DNA of 62,978 nt, the filler included, from Stramenopiles sp. TOSAG23-6 (lineage: Eukaryota): assembly GCA_900128565.1 (NCBI GenBank). It is 13 parts of 13 records of this genome, joined end to end, with 100 filler letters (N's around TTAATTAATTAA, not from the genome) between each part and the next. Parts side by side here need not be neighbours in the genome. Positions count along the whole stretch, not along the records: positions 26,132 to 32,553 come from LT636703.1; positions 32,654 to 39,065 come from LT636704.1; positions 39,166 to 45,570 come from LT636705.1; 10 more parts are not named here. One strand, written 5' to 3'. Of the stretch, positions 26,183-39,519 are shown piece after piece. The notes beneath the pieces are model-generated. The model worked only from the letters and a program-made list of their open reading frames with translations, ran no database searches and was not told where the DNA came from. A program made the position numbers and the translations under genes. Numbering within the stretch: position 1 is the stretch's first letter; every line of letters begins with the position of its first letter.

Positions 26183-27411
26183 CACGTTTTGCGGACCCCA
26201 CAAAGGACTAATATTTTGGATTTCAGGTTGTACAAAAGACGTGAATTGTAAAGTAGAAGACTCTATAACTCTATCTCTTGTTTTCATTTGTAGAGATACC
26301 AGTAACTTCTTATTTGTCATAGTCATTGAAGGGCACTGGAATGTATTTTGGAAAAATATTTCAAAAAAAAAAGTCATTAGGTACAAATTTTCGTACGAAA
26401 AATAAATTCGAAATTGAAAGAAAAATAAAACATACATACAACTGTAGAACTATCTTTAACCTTTCCAGGAACAATCATATACTGACTCCACTCTAAGCCC
26501 AAAACAAAAGGCTTGTCTGGCATTGAGGCATCATTGGCGTATGATTGTTGTGCATGATCAAAACATACTACTTCATGATGCACCCGCTGTTGTACATTTT
26601 CATGAATTTTTTCATTACTATTGACTATATTTTTACAATGTTTTTTTTTTTCAGTTTTGTTTGGCGTAGGTAGTTTATATTGATATATTTTTGTCTGATT
26701 TTTATTTCGTTTATTTCTTGTTTCTATTGGGTTTAAGCTCGATGAATCAAAGTTTTTATTTCGTTTATTTCTTGCTTCTATTGGGTTTAAGCTTGATGAA
26801 TCAAAGTCACATACTGGAATTATAACCAAATGAGATAAAAAAAGTTCTAATGATGTTTTGTTGAGTGTTTTAAAATACTCTTGGTATTGTCTCAATGTTA
26901 GGTATAAATATGCATATATTGATGTCGCATTTGATTGCTTTATGTCTTTTACTCGTACTAAAAGAGAACCTGTTTTTTTATTTTTCCATAAGTGCAATTT
27001 GACAACTCTTTCTAAAGATGGAAAAGTCACGACAGGTATCTCTATAGTAGCAGTCAATAAAAGACTCCAAAGCAAAGTAGAATTTGTGTTCAACAAGGAT
27101 ATATTGTGCCATTCGCTAGTTGGTGGTTCGCTGCGAAGAGGCATGCCTCTTAAACAAACTGTTATTGTGTGGTCTTGTTCTTCATTGGTCAAGGAAGGAG
27201 AAAACTCCACTTCAACTGGATAACCTCCGACATACAGTCCAATATTTGGCTTTAATTTCTGAATAAATCGTCCATTTGGAATAGTATTATTTTTATTTTC
27301 TCTTGGTAAATCATTTGTCTCTACCTTTTTTGAAATAGGGTCGAGCGATATTTTTTTTGTCGTCGACTTTTGGACTCTTGTAATACTTGGTAAAGTTAGT
27401 GAGTCTTCCAT
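26183..27411 (-). CDS. Hypothetical protein with IPT/TIG-like segments, 3'-partial; intron 26435-26341
   Basis: IQKLKPNIG..VGG and PEIQNISPLWGP; frame restored by GT-AT intron. Confidence 0.55.
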
Positions 27412-27808
27412 GGAGACACTAATGTGTTACCGTGATTTGATCATTCTTACCATATCTTTCCTCAGGGGGTGTTAAGATTTATTTTGTTACTACGAGAGCT
27501 GAAATACAGATAGCTTATCTAGTGTGTAGTAACTACTGCAATTAGACTGTACGTAGTAGTAGTATATTCATCACTTTGGTAATTAAATGTTCCAATACCG
27601 TACAAAATAAACATGAAACTGTAATGACCGATGTAAATAACCGACGAATTACGTATTATTTAGGGTTCGGGTTGGGGTTTTCAAATTGTGTTATTCTCAA
27701 AATTGCGTTTNGAAATTGAAATTGAATACTAAGACTTACGGTAACTTAAAAATTGGTATGTCCAAATTTCCTTCATTGACCAGGGATATCATTGAATTGT
27801 CTGAATAA

Positions 27809-29194
27809 ATGTTTTTACATTCCCGACTTTCGAATTGCATGCGTTTGCATCGCTTCTCAAGGTTTTGCACATCCACAAATAATGCTTCAAATACTTTTTC
27901 GAACACTCGTATCAAGGCTATGGAGATCCAAATTAGAAAACGTTTCTCCCTTCCAAAAGGTGTATATTCTAAAAGCGAGCAGACGAGGCAATCATTTTGG
28001 AAGTCTCGACAGCGGGAGTTCAGTGCTGTTGACGAAAAAAGTCGACGGAAAAGTGAATATAAGACGTGGAACATGCGTGAAATATTGTCTAGCACAGTTT
28101 CTACTCGTGCACCTTTAAGATCAACTGCTTTTCTAGCTGTTTATATGACTGGAGTAACCTCCGTATTTGAGTTTCTTTATATCCGAGCAGAAGCTTTGAA
28201 GAAAGCGACTTCAACTTCCGTCGAATCTTCTGTATGTGGCATTTTCTCTGATGAAGCAATTTCCGAAGCTTTAGACAAAGTGAATCCATTATCCAGCGAA
28301 TCTTCTGTGAATCCGACAATCGTCGAATCTCCTGTAGCATATGTTTTCTCTGATGATATTACAATGTTTGTTTCGCATCTAATGTCGCACGGAAATACAA
28401 TGGTTACAAGTTCATCTTTCATGGCCACAGCTTTGTTCTTTATATTATCGTTCCGCTTAAATCGCTCGATTGCTCGCTGGTGGGAAGGAAGAACTTTATA
28501 CGGCAATATTATAAGTTTAAGTCGATCATTGTCACAAACCACATTGGCATATGTAACTGAAAATACTAATAAAAAAAGCAAAAGAAAAATGGTCCCACAC
28601 TCTTCCATAGATTTAGCAGCTTGGAGTTGTGCTTTTGTTCGTGCCTTAGAGTATGATCTCCGTGCCCGCAATAGTGCTCAATTACGAGATGCTTTTATTG
28701 ACCTGATAGGAGATGCTGATACTGATCGACTACTTGATCGAAAAATTGGTCGCCGGCATCATTTTGCAAGTGAAAAGCTTTCTTCACTTTTAAAAGACTT
28801 ACGAGAAAATGAAAAAATTGAACTAAGACCCCAAGTTCAGATGCAAGAAATTGTCAACGAGTTGAACAGACACTCACAGAGTCTCATGCGTATACATCAA
28901 ACTCCTGAACCTTGGAATTACCAGAAAAATCTTCGGTTTACTACACAATTGTGGATTTCTACCATCCCGCTAGCTCTAATACCTGTCCTTCATTGGGGAA
29001 CTATTCCAGTTGGTACTATTATGGGATTTGTTGTGTATAAACTTGATAGTATTGCTTTTCGTTTAGGAAATCCGTTTGGTTTCAATGAATCAGATCTTTC
29101 AATATGCTTATATAATGATGAGTTCCAAGAAAGTATTCAAGATATGGTCATTCAGCATGTTCTTTCAAATATGAAGAGTGAAAAAACACAATAA
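27809..29194 (+). CDS. Bestrophin-like (UPF0187/VCCN) anion channel
   Basis: FRLNRSIARWWEGR, RIHQTPEP, NPFG..ESDL motifs; true start may be downstream. Confidence 0.8.
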   Translation: MFLHSRLSNCMRLHRFSRFCTSTNNASNTFSNTRIKAMEIQIRKRFSLPKGVYSKSEQTRQSFWKSRQREFSAVDEKSRRKSEYKTWNMREILSSTVSTRAPLRSTAFLAVYMTGVTSVFEFLYIRAEALKKATSTSVESSVCGIFSDEAISEALDKVNPLSSESSVNPTIVESPVAYVFSDDITMFVSHLMSHGNTMVTSSSFMATALFFILSFRLNRSIARWWEGRTLYGNIISLSRSLSQTTLAYVTENTNKKSKRKMVPHSSIDLAAWSCAFVRALEYDLRARNSAQLRDAFIDLIGDADTDRLLDRKIGRRHHFASEKLSSLLKDLRENEKIELRPQVQMQEIVNELNRHSQSLMRIHQTPEPWNYQKNLRFTTQLWISTIPLALIPVLHWGTIPVGTIMGFVVYKLDSIAFRLGNPFGFNESDLSICLYNDEFQESIQDMVIQHVLSNMKSEKTQ

Positions 29195-29328
29195 CTATCA
29201 AATTCAAAATTCGTTAGGTACGAAATGGGTGCATATGTCATGTCGAATTTGCCAAGAACACTCAGAATAGATATGAAAATACTAAAGTTAAAAAATATTT
29301 TTTATTTTATCAATGTAAGCATAAGGTT

Positions 29329-30848
29329 AGTGTTCCAGTATTTCTGCACACCGAAGAAGGCCATTTAATTTAGCAATGTCTCCTGGGGAATCTCCATTCA
29401 CATTCAAAGATGTTGGGTCTGCACCATTACGAATAGCCCATTGAACTAATGGAAGTTTTTTGCCATCCATGATATGTGAAAAAATATTTCAAAAAAAAAA
29501 TTGAAATTCGTTAGGTAGAATTTTTTTTTTTTTTTGTAAAAAAACACAGGATTTCGATTTCAGATTAGGGTTAGGGTTTTTGAAATTGTAAACACGTTTT
29601 GACTTTCCCAACAAAAAAAATGAAATGAATGATGGAAAGATACATATCATTACAATTTGATCCATTAGTGATTTGATGGCAGATATAATGTAAAATTGTT
29701 CTTTTCGATGTATCAGTATCATGGAGAATATTCTCATTTTGATTTTGGTCGTCAAAAATTTTTTTTTTATTCTTTGAAAATTTCTGGAATAACCATTGTA
29801 AGACAGAAAAGTTCACAAGATAACCAGCAAGTAATAAAATCGATCTACCATTTCTATCTTTTTTAAATAGAATACTTTCGTCAATACTCTCTAGCCATTT
29901 TAGTGTATCAATTATTTTTTCTGGATGATTTCCAATGACTGCATAATGAGCTGCATTCCACAAATCTGAATCTACTTCGGATATTTTCGCATCGAATTCA
30001 GATAAAATTTTCAATATTTCAATATTATTATTATATGCAGCAAGATGCACACAACTTGTATTTATAATTGGGTTAGAGTGAATATTGATAGAGGTTGGAT
30101 TATCATTTTTAACTTTGTTTTTACATTGTAACAAAGTATGTCTTTGATTGGAATCGTGACCCGCCATTAATAACAAGTGGCATAATTTCAACTTATTTTG
30201 TTTCACAGAATCAAATAATAAGGTAGCATTATTGATGTTTGGTTTACAGTGTGGTACAAATTTTTCAAGTTTGTTGTGATCGGCAATTACTGATAAAATG
30301 TCAACTCTTCTATTTTTGTAAGCCACGTCAAATGCAGCAAGTATTTTCTCCCGGACTGAAAGTATTTCCTTTTCTATTTCTTCTGATGTTTTTTTTTCAG
30401 CCAATGAGTCTATTGAATATTCATGAACTTTAGTCACCCTATCACTATCATTTTGAGTCGATTCTCGGAAAGATCCTACAATATTTGAAAATTTCATTCC
30501 AAAACTAGCTGCTTTAGTCATTTCACTTTCTTGCATTGTATCTTTTTTTTGTTGAAAAGAGTCTACAATACCTGACACACTTAATCGTAATGAAGATACA
30601 AGAGATAAATGCTTTGAAGTTGTCTTTTCTTCTGATTCCATCACTTTAGTGTCACCATCAAGTGAAGCCTTTTTAACTGATGAAGAGTTCGATATGTCAG
30701 GATAATCCAGACTTTCCTCATCCAGTGGCCGTCTGTGAACTGGTGAAGGTTCACGAACTGGACCACTATAAGGCAATTTTAATTCTTCCTGCACTGTTGA
30801 AGAAATAGAGGTACCCTTCTCAAAGAAATTTGACCATTTACCCGACAT
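29329..30848 (-). CDS. Ankyrin-repeat protein; intron 29643-29469
   Basis: VHLAAYNNN, AAHYAV, TILHY and GADPT..NGDSP ankyrin motifs; last exon reached through a GT-AT intron; ends approximate. Confidence 0.75.
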
Positions 30849-31154
30849 CAAGCTTAACCCAATATACTGTAAACTTTGACAAGATACACCGGTAATGCAA
30901 TATCTACTCAGATGCAATACCAAATATTGTATAATATGATTGTGCTTTTCAAGTGATGACACGCAAATTATCTAAAGAGAACGTATATTCCTACCTTTCA
31001 AAATTCAATCACACAGCGACAGATTCTGATTCGCAGCTGAACAAAATGACAGTTTCAAAATTAGACATGACTTGTTTGACTTGTTGACAACTCATACTTA
31101 CACTACAGTATTAGCTAATAGCTAGGAACTTTAAAGGTTTCCGCGGGGGGTAAG

Positions 31155-32501
31155 ATGAATGGTATTGAGAATGCAGAAGATTCTCTGCCGGAAGAAACAT
31201 CTCAGAATCCATGGGAGGAGTATGAAGATGGTGATGGAGTTACGTACTTTTTTAATTCAGTTACAGGTGAAACTTCATGGACAAATCCAACCGCGATAGA
31301 TACGATCACGAAGATAGAAGAACCAGATGGCACGTGGGTCGAGTATTGGGACGAAGAATATGGCGCGAGTTATTGGTGGAATACTAAAACTGAGGAGACA
31401 AGATGGGATAATCCTACTCTTGTGGATTCCACGGGCTACGATTCTGAATATGGTTACGATACTGGTGGAGAAAATGTCGCTGGTGATTATAACATGAACG
31501 AACTTGATGCAGGCGATTACTCTGGTTATGATACAAATCTTGAAGGAGAATATAATGATATTGATAGCCATGCTAATTATGAATCGTATGGTGATACTAC
31601 TAGTGAACAGGGAAATGATTTAGCTGAAAATATTGGTTGGAATAAATACTTTGATGAAGAAGGATATGAATATTACTTTAATAATGAAACCGGTGAAACT
31701 ATGTGGGAGCCACCTGAAGACTGGATCGATATGAGTAATGAAAACAATACTATACAAGATGAACAGATAGAAAAGCATAATGAAACGTTTGAAATGTATG
31801 AACAAAATAGTGATAAAGAACGGCAAGACGTTACCATAGACCCCGAAGAACAAGCTCGCCGCGAATTAGAGGCAAAATTATTATTAGAAAAAAATGAAAA
31901 AGAACAAGAAAATCGCGCTAGAGAACAACTCACTGTCGCAAGAAAAGCACTTGCCGAAGCAGAAAGTTTAAATAGGTCAAATGCAGTGCGTAAATTACGT
32001 GGTAAAGCCTTTGCTGTGATTGGTGCGAATAGATATGAACAAAATGAAGGAAGAATGAAAGGTGCGCGATGTGCAGAATGTAATTGCTCTCTAATTCAGA
32101 CAAGCAGAGGTAAAGCGTATTCTATTGATAATTTGGAAACTTTGTTAGAAACAGTGGGAAAGATGGGCAAATGGTCATCTGAAGTGAAAAAGAAGGTTAA
32201 TGATCGATTTGAAGTATGTAAAATTAAAGATATCGTAGAGCTACGAGAATATATACTAACAAAAAGATTAAATTCCTATATGAAAGCAAAGGGACAAAAA
32301 CCATTCGGTAAAAAGGCATATAGTGTGCTTAAATCTCTTGCGCTCAAAATGGAATTTCGTTTCATTAAAGAATATGAAATTCAGTATAAAAATTGTTCTG
32401 TAAAAGATTGTAAGCGCCGTGTGTGTTCAAAGTGTATTAATGCAATAACAGGTTCATGGGAGGATATGCCATGGATATGTCAGCAATGTGATGAGTCTCA
32501 T
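31155..32501 (+). CDS. Triple WW-domain protein with C-terminal Cys cluster, 3'-partial
   Basis: Three W..Y....YY.N..T.ET.W..P motifs; family intron starts at 32502 and runs to contig end. Confidence 0.8.
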
Positions 32502-33029
32502 GTATGTTTTATTTTTTTTCAAATTCGATTTTTTTTTCGTACGAAATTTTGTANNNNNNNNNNNNNNNNNNNNNNNNNNNNNNNNNNNNNNNNNNNNTTA
32601 ATTAATTAANNNNNNNNNNNNNNNNNNNNNNNNNNNNNNNNNNNNNNNNNNNNGCACCTCCGCTGAAGACAGAAGTGGCATTCAATTTGAAAGACGCGAT
32701 GGCAACAATTTTCTCGAAAATTTGGGAGGATGGGGGCCTACTACAAGTATTCACTTTTTTGTTGACACCCAAGATGAGCGGTGGGAATATGGAGAAAAAG
32801 AAGGAATGCGAATAGGTCTGCAGAAAGAACGCCCACGGGATGCGTTGATGCTGATACTGAAAAGTGTAGAATAGATTCATAATTTGATATGATATTTTCA
32901 AAATATTGATGCCCTTTTTTAGAAATCCGTTTTTTAATTTTCAAAAAATACAACATTTCCAAAAAAATTAAAAATCTAAATCTAAATCAGTTACATTTTA
33001 TATCTTTTTAAAGACATTTTACAAGTTAT

Positions 33030-34234
33030 TTACTCAAGATTTGATGTTTCACGTTTTCTCTTTTTACTCAACATTTCTTCTAAAGTAGGTAACAAAATGT
33101 CTAATGATTTCATAGTAAACTCTGGAGTTTTTTGTTCATGTATTTTAGAAAAATATTTCAAATTTTTTTTTGAAAATTTGTTAGGTACAAATTTTCGTAC
33201 GAAACCAAAAAAAAAAAATCAATTTCAAATTTTAAAAAAAAAAATAAAACATACATCACTCGAAGAGTCACTGACAAATTCAGATAACTCATTTTCATTT
33301 GTTGCACCAGACATCACTAATATAGTTCTGAAACCTCCTCTATTTCCAAATAACATATCCGTGTCTAATCGATCTCCAACAAAAACAACGCGATTTGGAT
33401 CTTTGGGAAGATTAAATTTTTTTTTTGTTAAATTTGCTAAATTTAATGAAGGTTTGCCACAAACAACAGGATCGACTCCCCCTGCGATGTGTACAGCAGA
33501 GACTATACTGCCACCACCTGGAACGAGTGGACCATTTTTTAATAGAGGTGAAGCGGCATCAGTGTTTGTGGCAACAAAATAAGCTTTACCATATCGAAGA
33601 TACATGTATTGTGAAAAAATATTTTTTTTTGTAAAATTTCTTAGGTACAAAATTTCGTACGAAAAAAAAATTTAGACAAACAATTTGAAATTCAAAACAT
33701 AAAACATACATGGAGGCTTTGTGTAATTTACCATAGCAAAAACTCCCATCAAATCCAACAACAACGCCAGAAACATTAGGATTCATATCTTCGAAACCCC
33801 ATGACTTGACATCATCAAAATTTTTATTTTTGTCTTCTAACCCAAGAGTGACGAAACCATCCGATTGAAGAGTTTTATGTAAACCTTCTTCACCAACAAC
33901 ATATAAAGTACTACCCGCTGCAATTTTTTCTTTGACATGCCGAGAAGCAGCCATTGCAGAAGACATCAAATCACTTTCTCTTACCTCTATTCCTAAATGC
34001 TTAAACTTTGCCTTAAAATCAGCGACTGTTTTAGTGCTATTGTTTGTCACATAACTTACANACTTNCCNANTTTTTTTNANTGCTNCGACAACTTTATCA
34101 GATCCATTGATAACTTTAAGACCAGTCCATATCACTCCATCACAATCAAAGACAAAAGCATCTATGCTATTAATCAAATCGCAAATAACATCTGATTGGT
34201 CTTTCAATAAAGTTTTAGGCGGGACCATTGGCAT
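33030..34234 (-). CDS. HAD IIA phosphoglycolate/4-nitrophenyl phosphatase; introns 33709-33604, 33254-33138
   Basis: FDCDGVIW, VTNNS, ATNTD, GKPS, VGDRLDTDMLFG; ambiguous bases near 34060-34090 disturb the frame. Confidence 0.9.
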
Positions 34235-34503
34235 TTTCTAAGACTTGAAGTAAAACCTTGTTCAACAAACTTTGTTCAACCTTGTTCAACAAACTTTGTT
34301 CAACAAGGAAGGAACCTTTGGTCCCAGGTCCAGGTGGCCAAATCGATCGCGCGAGGTAGCAAATTCTTGAAATTTCATTTTTTTTGTATTTTTTCGACGC
34401 TTTCGCTTTGGAAATATTTTTTCTTCTTCGTGTAGAGTACTACCCCTTCTTTAATGTAGAACATTAGATTTAAGGTTGATTGAATACATCCGTTTCATCT
34501 AGA

Positions 34504-35082
34504 ATGAGTTTAAGTGACATATCATTGGCTTCAGCCATCCTTGCTGTGTGTTTTCTACTCTTTCTTCTTTGTATGTTTTCTCGACTAGGCAAGCGTAAAA
34601 GAGATGGCAGATATATGTTCATCAATAGTGTGCGTCCTGGTAGATACAGAGAAGTTGCTATCGGGCACAACCTTGATAAAGAGGAACAAAAGTTTAAGAT
34701 ACATTTAGAAAATTCAGATTCAGATGATATTGACCAATTATTTGATTTTAGAGTTGAAGATGATGAAGATGTCACTTTTGAAAAGGATGAGTTAGAGCAG
34801 TTGAAAATATTGGAGGAGTATCATCACTCTCTAGAGGAAGGGACACACACTGAAAAAGTTCAGGTCATTGATGTCAATACCAAAGAAAATAGTATACCTA
34901 TTATACCACCACCAACGCCCAATACGAGCAAAGATTGTAAAGATATTGATCAAAGTATATCCGAGCTTGATGTTGACAAATACAATACAAATCCAGAGGT
35001 AAAAAAAACGAAATCAACAACAAATATAGATACTTCAAATCCTGAAACAACAAAAATACAAAGTAGCTTAACTTTAACATAA
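34504..35082 (+). CDS. Single-pass membrane protein with acidic tail, unknown
   Basis: Hydrophobic N-terminal helix followed by KRKR. Confidence 0.55.
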   Translation: MSLSDISLASAILAVCFLLFLLCMFSRLGKRKRDGRYMFINSVRPGRYREVAIGHNLDKEEQKFKIHLENSDSDDIDQLFDFRVEDDEDVTFEKDELEQLKILEEYHHSLEEGTHTEKVQVIDVNTKENSIPIIPPPTPNTSKDCKDIDQSISELDVDKYNTNPEVKKTKSTTNIDTSNPETTKIQSSLTLT

Positions 35083-35231
35083 TATTTTATCAATATACAA
35101 CATAATTACCAGACTATTGACTATTTTTCTTGACTATTGTAATGATTCTTTTTTATTTTTTGTCACTGTTTCACTTTAAAAAAAAATAATGCGACATTAT
35201 TTTTTTTATTTTAAAAAAAAATTATGCAACA

Positions 35232-38200
35232 TTATAGTGAAGCTGATCGTTGGAGACAAGACACTCTTCGATGACGAAACATTGCATGACGTCCAACATC
35301 ATCAAGTGTTTGAAGTCTGTAATCATTCTTTACTAAAGTTGTTAATTCTCTCCTAACGTTTTCGTAAAACCTTTTAAATGAGAAAATACCTAACTGCCCT
35401 CGTAAAAATTCCACCAGGTACAAACCTGTTCGTAATTGAAATACACGTACTGTACAAACAGATACTCCTGCTCTTGTTACATTGAGGGAATATTTATCCC
35501 AATCAGATATTACCTTTTGACGGATGTGTTTATAGGGGTATGTAATGCAAAAAAATATTTCAAAAAAAAATTAAAAATTTTGTTAGGTACAAAATTTTTT
35601 TACNAAAAAAAAAAAAAAAAAATTTAAAAAACAAAAAAAAATTAAAAAAAAAAAAATTAAAAAATAACGTACAAGGCAATGGATGCGAGTCAGCTTCAAC
35701 AATGTTTGCAATTCTTCGTAATACAGCAGCAGCTGGAAACGTTGTAGTAAACCGAGTAGATCTTTTCACAGTATCAACAAATAAAGGGACATTCTTCAGG
35801 TCATTTTTTATATTTTTTATATTTTTTGTGTTTTTTGTATTTTGTATATGTTTCGTGTTTTTGAGTGTCTTTTTTTCATGTATATTTTTTTCATTTTCCA
35901 CATACTTATCATTATTATTACTAGACAATTTCATATCAGAATGTGTAGCAATTGTATCATTACATTGTAAATTAGAAAAATTGTCTTTAGTAGATTTTAT
36001 TTTTGTTGGACTATTAGGGTTAGGGTTCCAGCGATGATGAAGTTGCATTGGTAACAAACTCCTAGGTGATGGAGACCAATTTTTTGCTGAATCACGAAAT
36101 CTTCGACTTTCAACATCAGTCATTGGATAGCATATACTGTAAAAAGATATAACATAGAGTATTTATTTTTGTTACAAAATTATTATTCCAAAACATTTAG
36201 TTACAAAACAAAAAAACAAANAAATTTCAAAAAAAAAAAAAATTAGGGTTAGGGTTATTCAAAAAAATAAAACCTACATAAATCTTCAAATATTTCATCA
36301 TCAAAAGAATCTGATGTAATAAATGAATGTGGAGATAAAGTATGATCTGAAAATCGACGTCTTGGGTGTAAATTTGATGTTTTACTTGACTTGTTTGATT
36401 GAGCACCGACTATATCGAGTGGAAGTGATCTCGCACATTGCGATACATTTTGATAATTTGCATTTTGTAAAGATTGACAAGTGGTAGGACTAGGGTTAGG
36501 GCTTTCATTGTACAAGTCATTATACAAATCCATTTGAAAAGATTCATCATTTTCACGTTCTATCCTATTTTGAAGTAGCTGTGGCGCTAAAGGAGGCGAC
36601 GAAAAAAATGGTGTATTTCGTGTTTGTCTTGACTTTGTAGAATTGAAATTTGTTTTTTCTGTATTTTCTGTATTTTCTGTATTTTCTGTATTAGGGTTGT
36701 TGTCAAATGTATGTGAATTTCCAATTTGTTCATTTTTTCTAGAATTTGCATGTTTTGTTAAATATTCCCCTGGTGTAGTAGATGTAAGAGAATTAGTAAA
36801 CATTGTATTATTGTCTTCAGTACATTTTCTAAGAGAACGAAATGGCCTATGAGTCCAAGTGTTACCCGGTGACAGTTCTTGTTTGAATTCACCTATGTCA
36901 TCAAGGTCATGTAAAGACTCAAAATCAATCCAAAGTGGTTTTTGTTTTTGTTGTTGTTTTTGTTGCTGTGAATCAACAACATCTATCACTTCAATTATTT
37001 CATCTGTTGTATTATTTCTTGAGTTATGTTTTAAATTATGTTTTGAATTATGTTTTAAATTATGTTTTGAATTATTTTTTGAATTATTTTGTGTTAGCCA
37101 TGGATGACGTAATGCTGATCGTACGGAAATCCTATAGACAGGATCTGGTTCCAATAATTTTGTTAATAAATCTATCGCCTTGATGGAGAAATTTTTAGGA
37201 AAAAACCAATTTGGATACAATGTATCACTTTTTTGCTTCATAGGAAAAAGCAATGCTTCAATACATTGGTTATCATTGATAGTATCATACTCATTTCCAA
37301 TAGCTTCTTCATTAGTGTTAGAATTGTACGAAAAAAGTTGTTTATTATTGAGTTTTTGTACTTGATTTTGTTCTAGTGCTGTACATTTATGTCGTTTTTG
37401 ACACTGAATTTGATATTTATGTAAAATTTCACGACGATGTTGTGTCCATTCACGCCATTTTGCAAATCGTGGACATTGGAGCAAATCTTTTCCAAAGGGT
37501 AAGTTTCCTGCAAGCATTGCATATAAGATGATTCCTGACGACCAAACGTCAACAAAGACTCCATCATAGCCTCTATTTGGAGTATGTTCCTCAGAATTGA
37601 TTCTACGATTACATGAATGCTCAGATGTTGATGATAACGATGAAAGGACTTCAGGTGCTACATAATGTGGAGAACCAACAACACTTTTTAGACGTCTTAT
37701 ATCTACTGTATTATTGTTTGCCGGACCTGCACTAAATTTCATTTTTTTTATTGAGAATATATCAGATTCATTTTGAGAATCTCCGAAATAAGCAGAAAGT
37801 CCAAAATCAGCAATTTTTAAAGTCGGATACATATCATCATGATCGGAAAGTAACAAATTTTCAGGTTTTAAATCCCGATGGCAAACACCTCTTTCATGAC
37901 AAAATAAAATACCTTGTAGTAATTGTTGGTAATATCTACGAGCGATGTTTTCTTCCGTTCCTCGATCAATCAAAATTCGATCAAACAATTCACCACCAGA
38001 CGCCAACTCAAGCACTAAAAAAATTGTACTTTTTGACACATTAACTAATTCAAGAACTTCAATCAATCGTAAAACATTTTTATGTCCGCTTAAATAAGCC
38101 ATATGTTGTATTTCTTGCAAAATGTTTCTTCTATCTTTAATAAAAGCTGCATATTTAGACGATATAGTAGGTATAGTTACAACACCTGCTGAGGTTTCAA

Positions 38201-38909
38201 TTCGACGTGGTGAGTTTGGTATAGAAGACATTGTATCACATGAAGATGAAACATGATTAGGGTTAGGGCTTTTACTACTATTATTGTCTGAGTGATAAAA
38301 AGTTTTTGAAAAAGTTGAAGCTGTGCTGAGATTTTCTACTGAAAAAGATTTTATATATTCACTTGATGTGAGTGACGGATGTTTTTCATCATGCACATCA
38401 GGAATATGTGGATGCTCCCCCCAAACTTCTACACAACGGGTCAACGGTAACTCTTGAAGGTGTCCACCATCATTTGGATCTCGAAATGCAGCAACTAACT
38501 CTCTTTTTGCTGGGTGCAGTAACCAAGAGATGTGTCTATATTCTAATTTTTTGTTGGGTTCATCACGTGTATACGTATCACCTTCAGATACGACTGTACA
38601 TCTTTGTATTGCTGTTGATGGCATTAGTTTAAAACCGACAGGGTTCAAAATTTTCACCGCTACGTGTTCGTGCGTTTTTAAGTTAATCGACTCATAGACA
38701 CATCCAGCAGCACCTCCTCCCAGGAAATTACCCAACTCGTAACATGCTCCTTCACCATATATCCATATCATCTGTCCATCATAACGGTCAACTCGACGTC
38801 TCTGAAGTTTCATGGGTGTACTCTTTGTTCCTTCAAATGTTTGCTGCTGCTGCTCAGGCAAACTGCATTCGTCGTCGTGCCAATTGTTTCTGTTATTGTC
38901 TTCCATCAT
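35232..38909 (-). CDS. CAMK-group (CIPK/SNF1-like) Ser/Thr kinase; introns 36277-36132, 35672-35540
   Basis: LGGGAAG, VAVK, GGELFDRI, HRDLKPEN, DFG, GSPHYVAPE; C-terminal TRFTT and LVEF.RG regulatory-like region. Confidence 0.9.
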
Positions 38910-39519
38910 TCAATGGCTAGGAGAATTTATTTAAACGAATGCCGTAAAGTACTACTATATAGCTTAACTGATGTCTATATTCTTATACTTGTATTGTGCT
39001 TCACAAATGAACACGGAGCAAATGCCTAGAGACTAAACGACGTTATTATTTAAAAAGATGTTGTTNNNNNNNNNNNNNNNNNNNNNNNNNNNNNNNNNNN
39101 NNNNNNNNNTTAATTAATTAANNNNNNNNNNNNNNNNNNNNNNNNNNNNNNNNNNNNNNNNNNNNAAAGGCAATGATGGTTCCAATACCGAGAGGACAAG
39201 GGGACAATGTTAGTCCAAAACATGTATCACCCCCATCGCCTATAAGAAAGGTCGAAATAAAAAAAGCATTAAAGTGAACGAACCACCAGTTCTTAATATT
39301 GAAAATGAAACCGATGCAAATGAAGTAAAACATACCTTGGCTGATGCAACACATAATAATCTCGACTTTGAGCCATTTGAATAGTAATGAATGTATTACA
39401 ATAATAAACGAATAATCAATTTATGATATATTGATATATTGATATATTAACCTTATTCAGCCATTTTTCGATGTTACCTAAAAATTGTCGAAAAATGTCT
39501 TCATAGATAAATTTTATAT

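Noticed and set aside
34040-34110. Frameshift in the HAD phosphatase
   Set aside because: Coincides with ambiguous N bases; likely a sequence error
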